Positions 47,735-56,458 of a stretch of 64,000 bases of DNA are shown in pieces. The stretch lies in contig JAJYNN010000002.1 in the NCBI GenBank assembly GCA_021786315.1, positions 31,370 to 95,369 of the forward strand. The letters are read 5' to 3'. The translations under genes and the position numbers were made by a program. The stretch is from a bacterium (lineage in GTDB: Bacteria > Patescibacteriota > Microgenomatia > Daviesbacterales > UBA10151). Position 1 is the stretch's first letter, and each line of letters begins with the position of its first letter. The notes under the pieces are model-generated. The model was not told where the DNA came from, searched no databases, and saw nothing but the letters and a program-made list of their open reading frames with translations.

Positions 47735-47806
47735 GCCCTCGTAGGCTAATGGATAGACCACGAGATTGCGGATCTTGATATGTGGGTTCGATTCCCGCCG
47801 AGGGCA
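47735..47806 (+). tRNA. tRNA-Arg (anticodon read as GCG; D-stem imperfect)
   Basis: Cloverleaf: acceptor GCCCTCG/CGAGGGC, anticodon stem CGAGA/TCTTG, loop TTGCGGA, T-arm GTGGG-TTCGATT-CCCGC. Confidence 0.55.
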
Positions 47807-47929
47807 CAAACAAACAAAGTGTGGTTTGTGCACGAAGGGGAACAGGATCTTTGACGAAGTCAAAGTAGCCCTAATCCCGCCGAGCGCGCCAAGTTTTGGA
47901 GGTGGGGTTGCATAATCCGCCAGGTGACG

Positions 47930-47975
47930 GATTGCGATAGTTCCACTGCTTCGCAGTGTGTAACTATCTAATGCG
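47930..47975. repeat. 38-nt hairpin repeat, copy 1 (GATAGTTCCACTGCTTCGCAGTGTGTAACTATCTAATG)
   Basis: Inverted repeat GATAGTT...AACTATC with an inner CACTGC/GCAGTG stem; a second copy at ~48120-48157 differs by 2 nt. Confidence 0.6.
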
Positions 47976-47988
47976 GCCTAGATAATTT

Positions 47989-48074
47989 GGAGGGTTGTCC
48001 GAGTGGTTTATGGAGATTGTTTCGAAAACAATTGGTGCGAAAGCGCCGCGCAGGTTCGAATCCTGCACCCTCCG
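47989..48074 (+). tRNA. tRNA-Ser(CGA)
   Basis: Type II tRNA; anticodon stem ATTGT/ACAAT, loop TTCGAAA; T-arm GCAGG-TTCGAAT-CCTGC. Confidence 0.75.
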
Positions 48075-48077
48075 CAC

Positions 48078-48170
48078 TTGCCTTCGTAGGCTAATGGATG
48101 AAGGAGTAAAGCTCCTTCCGATAGTTCCACTGCTTTGCAGTGTATAACTATCTAATGGCCACGAGATAAT
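48078..48170 (+). pseudogene. truncated tRNA-like fragment (copy of the 5' half of tRNA 47735..47806) interrupted by hairpin repeat copy 2
   Basis: GCCTTCGTAGGCTAATGGAT...GGCCACGAGATAATG parallels GCCCTCGTAGGCTAATGGATAGACCACGAGATTGCG with a ~57-nt insertion in the D-loop; runs directly into tRNA-Arg(CCG). Confidence 0.45.
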
Positions 48171-48243
48171 GTGCCCGTGGCGCAATGGATAGCGCATCAG
48201 ATTCCGGATCTGAGGGTTGGAGGTTCGAATCCTCTCGGGCACG
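48171..48243 (+). tRNA. tRNA-Arg(CCG)
   Basis: Clean cloverleaf: GTGCCCG/CGGGCAC acceptor, D-arm GCGC-AATGGATA-GCGC, anticodon loop TTCCGGA. Confidence 0.8.
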
Positions 48244-48250
48244 CTTTAAA

Positions 48251-48676
48251 ATGACAAGAGAATTTTCTGCAGGCGGAATAGTTTTTAATACTTCTGGGCA
48301 AGTCCTGCTTATTTGTGCTTCAGCCATGAAGGAACCGGAGAAAAAGCATTGGGGTTTTCCTAAAGGTAATGTCGGAGAAGGGGAGAGCATGAAGGAAGCG
48401 GCTTTACGCGAGGTGAGAGAGGAATCCGGAGTGGAGGCAGAAATTACCGCCAAAGTGGGAGACTCTAAGTATGTTTATACCCGGCCTTGCAGTGGGGAGA
48501 AGGTTTTTAAAGTGGTGAGTATTTTTTTAATGAAATATCTCTCCGGAGATACCAAAGATCATGATTGGGAAGTGGAAGATGTTGGATGGTTCGAACCGGA
48601 AGAAGCTTTAAAAACACTGAGTTTTTCCCAGGATAAGCTTTTATTAAAGAAGGCTTTGGAGATATATGGCCAGTAA
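48251..48676 (+). CDS. NUDIX hydrolase
   Basis: Nudix box GEGESMKEAALREVREESGVEAEI; track ORF 48185 start overlaps tRNA-Arg, so the internal Met MTREF is the likely start. Confidence 0.7.
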   Translation: MTREFSAGGIVFNTSGQVLLICASAMKEPEKKHWGFPKGNVGEGESMKEAALREVREESGVEAEITAKVGDSKYVYTRPCSGEKVFKVVSIFLMKYLSGDTKDHDWEVEDVGWFEPEEALKTLSFSQDKLLLKKALEIYGQ

Positions 48677-49226
48677 TAACTTTGTCTCACGCGGGGGTGA
48701 AAAACTCCAGGCTGCTATTGAAAATTGGAAACTGAAAATTAAAAATTCAACTATTCTCGACGTCGGTTCCTCCACTGGTGGGTTTGTTGACTGTTTACTG
48801 CAAAACGGAGCGGCTAAAGTGTACTCAGTAGATACTTCTTATGGGGAATTAGCCTGGAAATTGCGTAATGACCCCCGGGTGGTGGTAATGGAAAGAACCA
48901 ATATCCTTCATCTGGAAAAATTACCGGAGAAAGTTGATTTAATTACTATTGATGCCGGCTGGACTAAGCTGGAACTGGTTTTACCAGTAGTTAAAAAGTT
49001 TCTAAAACCAGAAGGCGCAATTATTGCTCTACTGAAACCTCACTACGAAGCCCCGAAAAGTATTCTAGTTAAAGGGGTAGTACCTGAGGAGAAAGTAGAA
49101 AGTATTAAGGGGCAAGTATTAAAAGAGATTGAGGATTTAGAATTTAAAGTGGAAAAAGAAATGGAGTCTCCAATTTTAGGTGGTGGAGGAAATAAAGAAT
49201 ATTTATTACTTATTAGGTCTGATTAG
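48666..49226 (+). CDS. tlyA: TlyA-family rRNA 2'-O-methyltransferase (FtsJ-like; no S4 domain)
   Basis: SRGGEKLQAAI...LDVGSSTGGFVDCLLQNGAAKVYSVD matches the TlyA signature. Confidence 0.75.
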   Translation: MASNNFVSRGGEKLQAAIENWKLKIKNSTILDVGSSTGGFVDCLLQNGAAKVYSVDTSYGELAWKLRNDPRVVVMERTNILHLEKLPEKVDLITIDAGWTKLELVLPVVKKFLKPEGAIIALLKPHYEAPKSILVKGVVPEEKVESIKGQVLKEIEDLEFKVEKEMESPILGGGGNKEYLLLIRSD

Positions 49227-49235
49227 ACTAAATTT

Positions 49236-49715
49236 TTATTTCGCTTTCAGTGCTTGATCTAAAATTTTGTGACAATCTACTGTGCTATAAAACTTTGCTT
49301 TTTTGGCGTTGTTAATGTCGAGCCACTCTGGATGCTCTATCTGTGATTTTTCGTAATCTTCTAAATATTCAAGAGAAGCGGTGCCTCCAATAACTTCACA
49401 TAAATAATAAATTAAAATTGATTGAACAAAGATGTCTTGGTCTGGAAACTTAAAAAAACAGTGCGTGCAGGTAACAAGTTTCCCCACTTTAATATCAAAC
49501 CCCGTTTCCTCTTTAACCTCTCTTATTAATGCTTCTTCAATAGTTTCACCGAGTTCTATGCCTCCACCTGGAAAGTTATAGCCACTCCATTGTTTAGAAA
49601 GAAGTACTTGATTATTTTTAATAATTATTCCGTAAACCGAGGGACGAAAAGAAAGTTTGTCGGAAGAAACTGTGAAAGTGGCTCCTGTGATATCTTTGCA
49701 AATTACTTGTTTCAT
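49236..49715 (-). CDS. NUDIX hydrolase (the track ORF 49236..50078 is over-extended across tRNA sequence)
   Basis: Nudix box GGGIELGETIEEALIREVKEETGFDI; plausible start MKQVICKD at ~49715. Confidence 0.65.
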   Translation of the reverse strand: MKQVICKDITGATFTVSSDKLSFRPSVYGIIIKNNQVLLSKQWSGYNFPGGGIELGETIEEALIREVKEETGFDIKVGKLVTCTHCFFKFPDQDIFVQSILIYYLCEVIGGTASLEYLEDYEKSQIEHPEWLDINNAKKAKFYSTVDCHKILDQALKAK

Positions 49716-49853
49716 ATCAGCGGAGAGGGAGGGATGATTCTCTCCTCGCTTTGCTCGGAGTTGAACCCGCTTCCTACTGTGTAGAGCGCAGATTCTCGGT
49801 CCCATTCCCTCAATATTTAAAAAACTCAACCATAAGGTTGGTTCTTTTAAATG

Positions 49854-49938
49854 CGGAGAGGGAGGGATTTGAACCCTCGATACCTTGCGGTATACGCGCT
49901 TTCCAAGCGCGCGCACTAGGCCACTATGCGACCTCTCC
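49854..49938 (-). tRNA. tRNA-Ser(GGA)
   Basis: Reverse-complement gives a type II tRNA GGAGAGG...; anticodon loop TTGGAAA; T-arm GAGGG-TTCAAAT-CCCTC. Confidence 0.8.
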
Positions 49939-50081
49939 ATATGCTTTCTAAGCTTAGGTATTATACCTAGTTTAAGCTTTCCAGTCATCACCCCTTGATT
50001 TTTGGGTTTTTTTAGGATACAATCCGCCCAACAATCCCTTGTGGCCACCAAAATTGGGGCGATCGGGTGAATTGACAAACT

Positions 50082-51857
50082 ATGGATGATTTAGACCTCA
50101 TTAAACAAAAGATCAATATCGTTGATCTGATTTCCGAATATCTCCCTTTAAAAAAAGCCGGTGTTAACTTTAAGGCACCTTGTCCCTTTCATCAAGAAAA
50201 AACTCCTTCCTTTATGGTTTCCCCTGACCGGGGTATTTGGCATTGTTTTGGCTGCCAAAAAGGCGGGGACATCTTTAAGTTTTTAATGGAAAGGGAAGGG
50301 GTGGATTTTGCTGAAGCTTTAGAAATTTTGGCCAAAAGAGCCGGAGTGACTTTAAAAAGAAAAAACAGCAAAGAAAAAGACAAAAGGCAAAGACTTTTTG
50401 ACGCTAACTTAAAGGCAGTCCAATTTTACCACCATCTTTTAGTAAAACATCCTTTAGGTAAGGTGGCCTTAGAGTATCTGAAAAAGCGGGGATTAACTGA
50501 CCAAACTATTGAGGAATTTAATTTAGGGTATGCCCCCAACTCCTGGGAATCTTTGTCCGGTTTTTTAAAAAAACGTGGTTTTACTACCCAGGAGTTAATT
50601 GATTCCGGACTAGGGGTGGCCTCTAAAAGCGGCTGTTATGACCGTTTCCGGGGGCGGATTATGTTTCCCTTAATAGATATTAAGAGCCAGGTTATTGCTT
50701 TTGCCGGCCGGGTTTTAGACAAGAGTGAACCGAAGTACATTAATACCCCGCAAACAGCAATTTTTGATAAAAGCAATTTCCTTTTCGGGTTAAACCTTTC
50801 CAAAGGAGAGGTGAAGATTAAAAAACAGCTGATTTTAACCGAAGGGGAGATGGATATGATTATGTCTTACCAATCCGGGGTTAAAAATGTGGTGGCTTCC
50901 AAAGGGACCGCTTTAACCCAGGGGCAAGTTGAGCTTATTAAAAGACATGCCGACAACTTACTTTTATGTTTTGATATGGATTTGGCTGGGGATAGCGCCT
51001 CCCGGCGGGGGATTGAGATGGCTGACGCTGCCGGTTTAAACATTAAAGTTATCGAGATTCCGGAAGGTAAAGATCCGGCGGAGTTGGCCAGTAAAAATAT
51101 CGAACGTTGGCAGGAAGCGGTAGATCGCGCCGAGCCGATTTATGACTATTACTTAAGGTCGGTTTCTGCCCGTTACAACCCCAAAACTGCCGAGGGCAAA
51201 AGGAAAATTGCGGAAGAGATGATCCCGGTTTTAGGGAAGATTACTGATTCTTTTACCCGTGAGCACTATATCCAAAAGTTGGCGGCATTAATTTCTACCT
51301 CTGATGAGTTGTTAAGGAAAGAAATTGGACGCCAGGGGAATGCTCTTGCCCCTAAATTTACCACAGTTGTTAACTTGCCGGTCGATAAAACCCGGGCTAA
51401 TATCCGTTCCCGCCGCGATCTTTTGGAGGAATACTTAATGACTTTGCTTCTGAAAATTCCCTCCGATATTACCTTTGTCCCAAGTTTCCCGGAAACCCTG
51501 TTGTTGTCTGAAAATTTCCGCTCGATATATGTGATGTTAGTTCTCTATCTTGACAATATTTCATTTAAGGGCGAAAGTTTTAATATTGGCGATTTTGTTA
51601 AAACTTTACCTCCCGAACTTATACCTATAGTTGACAGGTTGTATTTATCCGAGATTGATGATAAATTATCAAGCTCGAGGGTCTGGGAAAAGGAAATTGA
51701 GACAGTTGTGGCAGAATTAAAGAAGGCTTTGATTAAGGCCTCCCTGGAAAAACTATCAGCTGAGATCAAATCAGCTCAAGCTTTTGACAAGATGGAGCTA
51801 CTGGAAACTTTAAACAGGCGTTTTCGGGACCTATCGGTGAAGTTAAAGAATTTATAA
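50082..51857 (+). CDS. dnaG: DNA primase
   Basis: N-terminal zinc ribbon CPFHQEKTPSF...CFGCQKGGD; TOPRIM domain (EGEMD, DxDxAG). Confidence 0.92.
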   Translation: MDDLDLIKQKINIVDLISEYLPLKKAGVNFKAPCPFHQEKTPSFMVSPDRGIWHCFGCQKGGDIFKFLMEREGVDFAEALEILAKRAGVTLKRKNSKEKDKRQRLFDANLKAVQFYHHLLVKHPLGKVALEYLKKRGLTDQTIEEFNLGYAPNSWESLSGFLKKRGFTTQELIDSGLGVASKSGCYDRFRGRIMFPLIDIKSQVIAFAGRVLDKSEPKYINTPQTAIFDKSNFLFGLNLSKGEVKIKKQLILTEGEMDMIMSYQSGVKNVVASKGTALTQGQVELIKRHADNLLLCFDMDLAGDSASRRGIEMADAAGLNIKVIEIPEGKDPAELASKNIERWQEAVDRAEPIYDYYLRSVSARYNPKTAEGKRKIAEEMIPVLGKITDSFTREHYIQKLAALISTSDELLRKEIGRQGNALAPKFTTVVNLPVDKTRANIRSRRDLLEEYLMTLLLKIPSDITFVPSFPETLLLSENFRSIYVMLVLYLDNISFKGESFNIGDFVKTLPPELIPIVDRLYLSEIDDKLSSSRVWEKEIETVVAELKKALIKASLEKLSAEIKSAQAFDKMELLETLNRRFRDLSVKLKNL

Positions 51858-51875
51858 TTTATGAACGAAGTGAAG

Positions 51876-51921
51876 AAATTACAGGATCGTTTTAACAAAG
51901 TTAAAAGGTAGCCCTATAAAT
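51876..51921 (+). promoter_or_regulatory. conserved intergenic motif family A (copy 1) abutting the rpoD start codon
   Basis: GAAATTACAGGATCG-TTTTAACAAAGTTAAAA-GGTAGCCCTATAAAT immediately followed by ATG. Confidence 0.55.
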
Positions 51922-53010
51922 ATGGCACGAGCAAAAGACACACAACTTGATGATAAAAAATTATTAAAACTCGGACACGAGCGGGGTTTTGTGACCCAGG
52001 AAGAGATCTTACAGGTATTCCCCAAACCGGAAGAAAATATTGAGGCCCTTGATGATTTCTATCTAAAGCTCATTGAAGCTGAAGTTGATGTTTTTGAAAC
52101 TACTGCGGAAGAGGTGGCCGAATCCGAAAAATCTTCCACAGATTTGGAAAAAGAGCTGGAAATGCTGGCTTCTTTGGAGGAAGGGTCGGTAACCGACCCC
52201 GTCCGCCAATATTTACGTGAGATTGGAAGAGTTTCCCTGCTCACGGCTGACGAAGAGATTGAACTGGCCAAAAGAGCGGAAAAGGGTGAGCAGCGGGCTA
52301 AGGACAAATTAATCTCCGCTAACTTAAGGCTGGTTGTTTCCATTGCTAAAAAGTATGTTGGCCGCGGTATGAGCCTTTTGGACTTGATTGAAGAGGGGAA
52401 TATGGGTTTGATGAGGGCGGTGGAAAAATATGACTGGAAACGGGGGTTTAAGTTTTCCACTTATGCTACCTGGTGGATCAGGCAGGCTATTACCCGGGCC
52501 CTGGCTGACCAGGCCCGGACTATCCGGATTCCTGTCCATATGGTGGAAACAATTAACCGTTTCAACCGGGCCCAAAGAAAATTAATGCAGGACCTGGGAC
52601 GAGAGCCGACTCCGGAAGAGGTTGCTAAAGAGCTGGGGATTGATGCGGCTAAAGCCCGGGAGATTATTAAAGTTTCCCAGGAGCCAACCTCACTTGCCAC
52701 TAAAGTAGGGGATGAAGAGGATTCGGAATTGGGTGATTTTATTGAAGCTCCGGGATTAAAACCGGATGAGCAGGCAACCCGGGCTTTACTTCGTGGTCAT
52801 CTTGATGAAGTATTAGATTCACTTTCCCCGAGAGAGAAGAGGGTTTTGCAGCTGCGGTTTGGTTTAGAGGACGGAAAACAAAGAACTCTGGAAGAGGTAG
52901 GAAAAGAGTTTGGTGTAACCCGTGAACGTATCCGCCAGATCGAGGCGAAGGCAATTCGGAAACTTCGTCATCCCACCCGCGCCAAGAAACTCCGCGACTA
53001 TTTAGAGTAA
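51922..53010 (+). CDS. rpoD: RNA polymerase sigma-70 factor RpoD
   Basis: Regions 1.2-4 present, including [18 protein letters not shown] and the region 4 [21 protein letters not shown]. Confidence 0.95.
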   Translation: MARAKDTQLDDKKLLKLGHERGFVTQEEILQVFPKPEENIEALDDFYLKLIEAEVDVFETTAEEVAESEKSSTDLEKELEMLASLEEGSVTDPVRQYLREIGRVSLLTADEEIELAKRAEKGEQRAKDKLISANLRLVVSIAKKYVGRGMSLLDLIEEGNMGLMRAVEKYDWKRGFKFSTYATWWIRQAITRALADQARTIRIPVHMVETINRFNRAQRKLMQDLGREPTPEEVAKELGIDAAKAREIIKVSQEPTSLATKVGDEEDSELGDFIEAPGLKPDEQATRALLRGHLDEVLDSLSPREKRVLQLRFGLEDGKQRTLEEVGKEFGVTRERIRQIEAKAIRKLRHPTRAKKLRDYLE

Positions 53011-53061
53011 TTTCCTATTCCAGCTTTGACTAAAAGCTTATAGTTTGATAAAATTATCTGC

Positions 53062-53313
53062 ATGAGTGAAATTTATAAGGCGATTCTATCGGCCAGAGCT
53101 GCTGCTGAGATAAGGCAAAGTACTGCCAAAGTTGCCGGGGATAATGTTGAAACTATTGATGTTACGGATTTTGGAAATGGGATTAAAGTAGTGGCTGACA
53201 AAAAGGGAATTCGGGTTGTCCGAGACGTAAAACCCACCAGTAACAATATTCTTTCCTCTAAGACAGAAAAACCAGTTGATTTCTGGGATGATGTGGTTAA
53301 GAAAAATATCTAA
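53062..53313 (+). CDS. small hypothetical protein
   Basis: 83-aa ORF, no motif. Confidence 0.3.
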   Translation: MSEIYKAILSARAAAEIRQSTAKVAGDNVETIDVTDFGNGIKVVADKKGIRVVRDVKPTSNNILSSKTEKPVDFWDDVVKKNI

Positions 53314-53600
53314 CTTTTTGCCCAGCGGTTATATAACCAGGCAAAAAAGAAACCGCTTATCCAGGTTGTGATCCCGGTGACTACCAAAGCAACTAGTAAA
53401 GATTGGATAGTGTGGGTTGGCTGGAAAAAGGAAGCCACATCGGCCCCCAAAGAAAGAGAGTTCATTAAAAAGTTGTAGGCATCAGTGGAAATCCGGAAAA
53501 TGATCCAGCAAATTAGGTAGGCGGCAACGGTAACGGCGGTTAAGGCATTGGCCAAAGGAATAGGTTTTAACATCTTTCTCACCTCCTCTTTATTTATCAT
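53310..53600 (-). CDS. small membrane protein, hypothetical
   Basis: 96 aa, three hydrophobic segments. Confidence 0.3.
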   Translation of the reverse strand: MINKEEVRKMLKPIPLANALTAVTVAAYLICWIIFRISTDAYNFLMNSLSLGADVASFFQPTHTIQSLLVALVVTGITTWISGFFFAWLYNRWAKS

Positions 53601-53676
53601 AAAGTAAGTTTTTGAGTTTGTCCAAAGGGTGGATTTCGGACTTTTTAGATGGTAAAATTCCTGAGTACATTAATAT

Positions 53677-53748
53677 TCCTCGGTAGCTCAATGGTAGAGC
53701 GGATCCCTGTTAAGGATAAGGTTCTAGGTTCGAGTCCTAGCCGAGGAG
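53677..53748 (+). tRNA. tRNA-Asn(GTT)
   Basis: U1-A72 acceptor (TCCTCGG/CCGAGGA), D-arm GCTC-AATGGTA-GAGC, anticodon loop CTGTTAA, T-loop TTCGAGT. Confidence 0.85.
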
Positions 53749-53822
53749 CTGAAATTTGTTATTATAACCAACCTTATTGTCAGAATTTAGCTTCTAGTCA
53801 CCTGGTTCTGTTCTATAAGTTT

Positions 53823-54341
53823 ATGAAGAAACAAGAATTGCAAAAACTCCACGAGCTTGAATATGCTCAATTTTTTATCGACTGGTTTAACGGTAAATAT
53901 GGTCTAGATTATAAAGTATTGCCAAATAAGGAAGAGTATTCAGATACTGACATTTTTGCTGATTCTGATACTCAAGAACAGCTACTGTTGCAAAATGTTA
54001 CTTCCGGGGGAGAAATGTTAGAGCTGGCTCATGTAAGCGCAGGACAAATACAAAGAGGAGAACAAATTAATGCCATGCAAGTAAGACCATTAGAGTGGAT
54101 CTCAAAGTCGATTGATGATAAAGAGAAAAAATACGGGAATTTAGCACAAAGTTTAATGTTGTTAGTTGAAGGATTCTTGCCGGTACCTTCACCAGAAGAA
54201 ATAAGTGGATTGTCTGCAAAATATAAGGATTCGAAATTTAAAGCTATTTTTTATGTTTCACCACCCGTATTGTCATCCACAAGAGAAGAATATGAAGAAA
54301 AAGGTTATGTATATCCTATTAAGGGCTTTAGGGTGAGCTAG
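53823..54341 (+). CDS. hypothetical protein (the track ORF start at 53649 overlaps tRNA-Asn)
   Basis: 172 aa from MKKQELQKL; no recognised motif. Confidence 0.35.
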   Translation: MKKQELQKLHELEYAQFFIDWFNGKYGLDYKVLPNKEEYSDTDIFADSDTQEQLLLQNVTSGGEMLELAHVSAGQIQRGEQINAMQVRPLEWISKSIDDKEKKYGNLAQSLMLLVEGFLPVPSPEEISGLSAKYKDSKFKAIFYVSPPVLSSTREEYEEKGYVYPIKGFRVS

Positions 54342-54416
54342 CACTTAGGGGTATAATGTTTCAAGGGATGGGGGGCAAAACTATTTTAATCTTGCTCAAA
54401 TATTTGCTATACTGTT

Positions 54417-54857
54417 TTGGTGAGTGTAATTAAAGGTTTAGTTGTCCTAGTAATTCTTGCAGTTTTAGGCTTTGGTTATTACCAGTTTTCTGCCAATAAA
54501 CAAACTGCAAATACCCCAACCCCTTCACCCACAGCTGTGCCTACCCAAACAACCCAGGAAACTGTTACCCCGACTTCATACCCCGATACCAAGTCCGCTA
54601 TTGCCGCTTTTTTGGCTAATAAATATCAAAAACCGGTGTCTGAAGTAAAGGTTACTGTGGATAAAGAAGTCCCGGGGTTTGCTTCGGGCACTGTTTCATT
54701 TGGTAATGGCGGACCCGGGGAGGTGGGTGCCTGGCTGGCTGTTTTAGGTAATGGCTGGAATGTGGTTTGGGACGGTAATGGTAATGTTGACTGTAATAAA
54801 ATGCGGAAAGATTATGGTTTCCCGGACACCATCTTAAAACCCAATTTCTGCAATTAG
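54417..54857 (+). CDS. secreted/anchored hypothetical protein
   Basis: N-terminal TM/signal, T/P-rich linker, Gly/Trp-rich C-terminal domain. Confidence 0.35.
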   Translation: MVSVIKGLVVLVILAVLGFGYYQFSANKQTANTPTPSPTAVPTQTTQETVTPTSYPDTKSAIAAFLANKYQKPVSEVKVTVDKEVPGFASGTVSFGNGGPGEVGAWLAVLGNGWNVVWDGNGNVDCNKMRKDYGFPDTILKPNFCN

Positions 54858-54861
54858 AATA

Positions 54862-55025
54862 TGAAGTTTAAAAAGCTGTTAATGCTTTTAATTGTATTTC
54901 TGCTTTTGGCTATTAGTTTTCTCGCCTTTCATGATATTTTTGAAAGACACACTCTTCGTGACTGGCTAACCCTTACAGCTTCAATTCTGGTTTTTCTTTA
55001 TTTTGTGAAAGAATCGAAGAAATAG
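54862..55025 (+). CDS. small two-TM membrane protein (54 aa; not in the ORF track)
   Basis: ATG...TAG ORF MKFKKLLMLLIVFLLLAISFLAFHDIFERHTLRDWLTLTASILVFLYFVKESKK. Confidence 0.3.
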
Positions 55026-55035
55026 TTTCCTAAAA

Positions 55036-55575
55036 TTATTCTTTACAGCAATCAATGGCTTTTTGGACAACTGAGCCGAGTTTATCAAAGACGGAAACGG
55101 AAGCAATTTTGGCTGATTTTTCATCAATTAAATTGACTTCATGACTCACTCTTTTACTGTCTTTTAAATTAACCAGCTTTAAATTGATACCCCAAAAGAG
55201 GGAGTAGAGTTTGTAGGCTTTGGAAAATAAGTCCCAGGCCTTTTTCTTGTTGCCGGAACCTAATTCCTTAGTTCCTACCTCCATTAATCTCATGGAGGAG
55301 GCTAAAAGGTGCTTACTGATGCACCAAACCTCGCCCTCATATTCGGTGATAATTTCCTGGAGCAACTCTTTGCGCATCTGCCGGACCTCGTTTAGAAGAT
55401 CCAAATAGCCGTCTTTGCCGGTTTTTTGGGAGGTGTAGAAGAGGTGTTCCTCAATTGCCACCAGGTTCATAATGGCGATGGACAAATCCTCATCAGAGGA
55501 AAGGTCCAGCTTTTTTTCTTTAGTTACCTTTTCGACCTTCTCTAATAACTTTTTAACGTCTTCTTCCTGTTTCAT
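55036..55575 (-). CDS. hypothetical protein
   Basis: 179-aa charged helical protein; 2 nt downstream of the gene at 55578..56090. Confidence 0.35.
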   Translation of the reverse strand: MKQEEDVKKLLEKVEKVTKEKKLDLSSDEDLSIAIMNLVAIEEHLFYTSQKTGKDGYLDLLNEVRQMRKELLQEIITEYEGEVWCISKHLLASSMRLMEVGTKELGSGNKKKAWDLFSKAYKLYSLFWGINLKLVNLKDSKRVSHEVNLIDEKSAKIASVSVFDKLGSVVQKAIDCCKE

Positions 55576-55577
55576 AA

Positions 55578-56090
55578 TTATTTACTTAAGAGATACATGG
55601 CCAAACTGCCCAAGGCTAAAGCCGCAACCGGAAAGACCACTTTTTGGTAAAGGAAAAATTGGTGCCCGGCAGCCTTGCGGACTTGTTTATCCAAATTCAT
55701 TCCCAAAAGAAAGACTAAGGATCCGACAATTGTGCCAAAGACTAGTTTATCGACACCGTAAATAGTGTTAAAAGGATGGCCGATGATTTTACTAAACCAT
55801 AAAGGCAGCAAAACAATTAAAAACATAAACACAACAGAAAGGAGGGAAAGATAAGAGTTTAAAGAGGGGAGCAACTTTCTTTTTTGTGCCCAGGAAGACA
55901 GCCAGAAAGAGGAGGAGAGGATTAACCCGCCGACCCAAACTCCGGAAACGGTATCATCAACCCCCAAATACCGGGCCAGACCCAATCCGGCTCCAACGGC
56001 GACGGTGCAAACCGGACAAACGGCGTGAACAGGAGTAGTAAGTATTAAGTAGAAAGTATTAAGGGATAGAAAAGCAACTGTCTTTCTCAT
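55578..56090 (-). CDS. polytopic membrane protein with N-terminal CPVC motif
   Basis: Five hydrophobic helices; CxxC adjacent to the first helix (DsbB/VKOR-like or peptidase-like; unresolved). Confidence 0.35.
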   Translation of the reverse strand: MRKTVAFLSLNTFYLILTTPVHAVCPVCTVAVGAGLGLARYLGVDDTVSGVWVGGLILSSSFWLSSWAQKRKLLPSLNSYLSLLSVVFMFLIVLLPLWFSKIIGHPFNTIYGVDKLVFGTIVGSLVFLLGMNLDKQVRKAAGHQFFLYQKVVFPVAALALGSLAMYLLSK

Positions 56091-56152
56091 GGGTCTTTTG
56101 CATCATATCATATAAATTTGAGACCTTGTAGTTAAAAAAAACGTTATGTACA

Positions 56153-56446
56153 ATGGGGTCAAACTTGCTGCCCGCAAGGGAGGTGAATAAATTGAGTCGA
56201 AACGTAACAATCTTGGTTATTATCTTGGTGATTTTACTTATTGCGGGATACCTTCTTTGGCTTCGGGGCAGATTCCAGGCTACAACTGTTACTCCTACCC
56301 CAACACCGGTTTCAGAAGTTGCAACTCCGACTGCGGTTCCAACCGTGGCCAGCCCATCGGCAACTGCGACGCCGTCCGGCACAAAGAAAGCGAGTCCAAC
56401 TCCAACCCGTACTTCTACTAGTTCCGCTGGTAGAACTACAAGATGA
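56153..56446 (+). CDS. small anchored protein with T/P-rich tail
   Basis: N-terminal TM helix followed by TPTPTPVSEVATPTAVPT low-complexity sequence. Confidence 0.3.
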   Translation: MGSNLLPAREVNKLSRNVTILVIILVILLIAGYLLWLRGRFQATTVTPTPTPVSEVATPTAVPTVASPSATATPSGTKKASPTPTRTSTSSAGRTTR

Positions 56447-56458
56447 CAACCTAGAAAG

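Noticed and set aside
47808-47990. Possible SRP RNA, 6S or RNase P RNA in the tRNA-cluster spacer and at 13915-14000
   Set aside because: Conserved SRP domain IV (GGAAGGAAGCAGC-like) and RNase P P4 motifs were not found by eye; left unannotated.
48185-48250. N-terminal extension of the NUDIX ORF (and similarly 49716..50078 and 53649..53822)
   Set aside because: These extensions translate through tRNA genes; internal Met starts downstream of the tRNAs are far more plausible.
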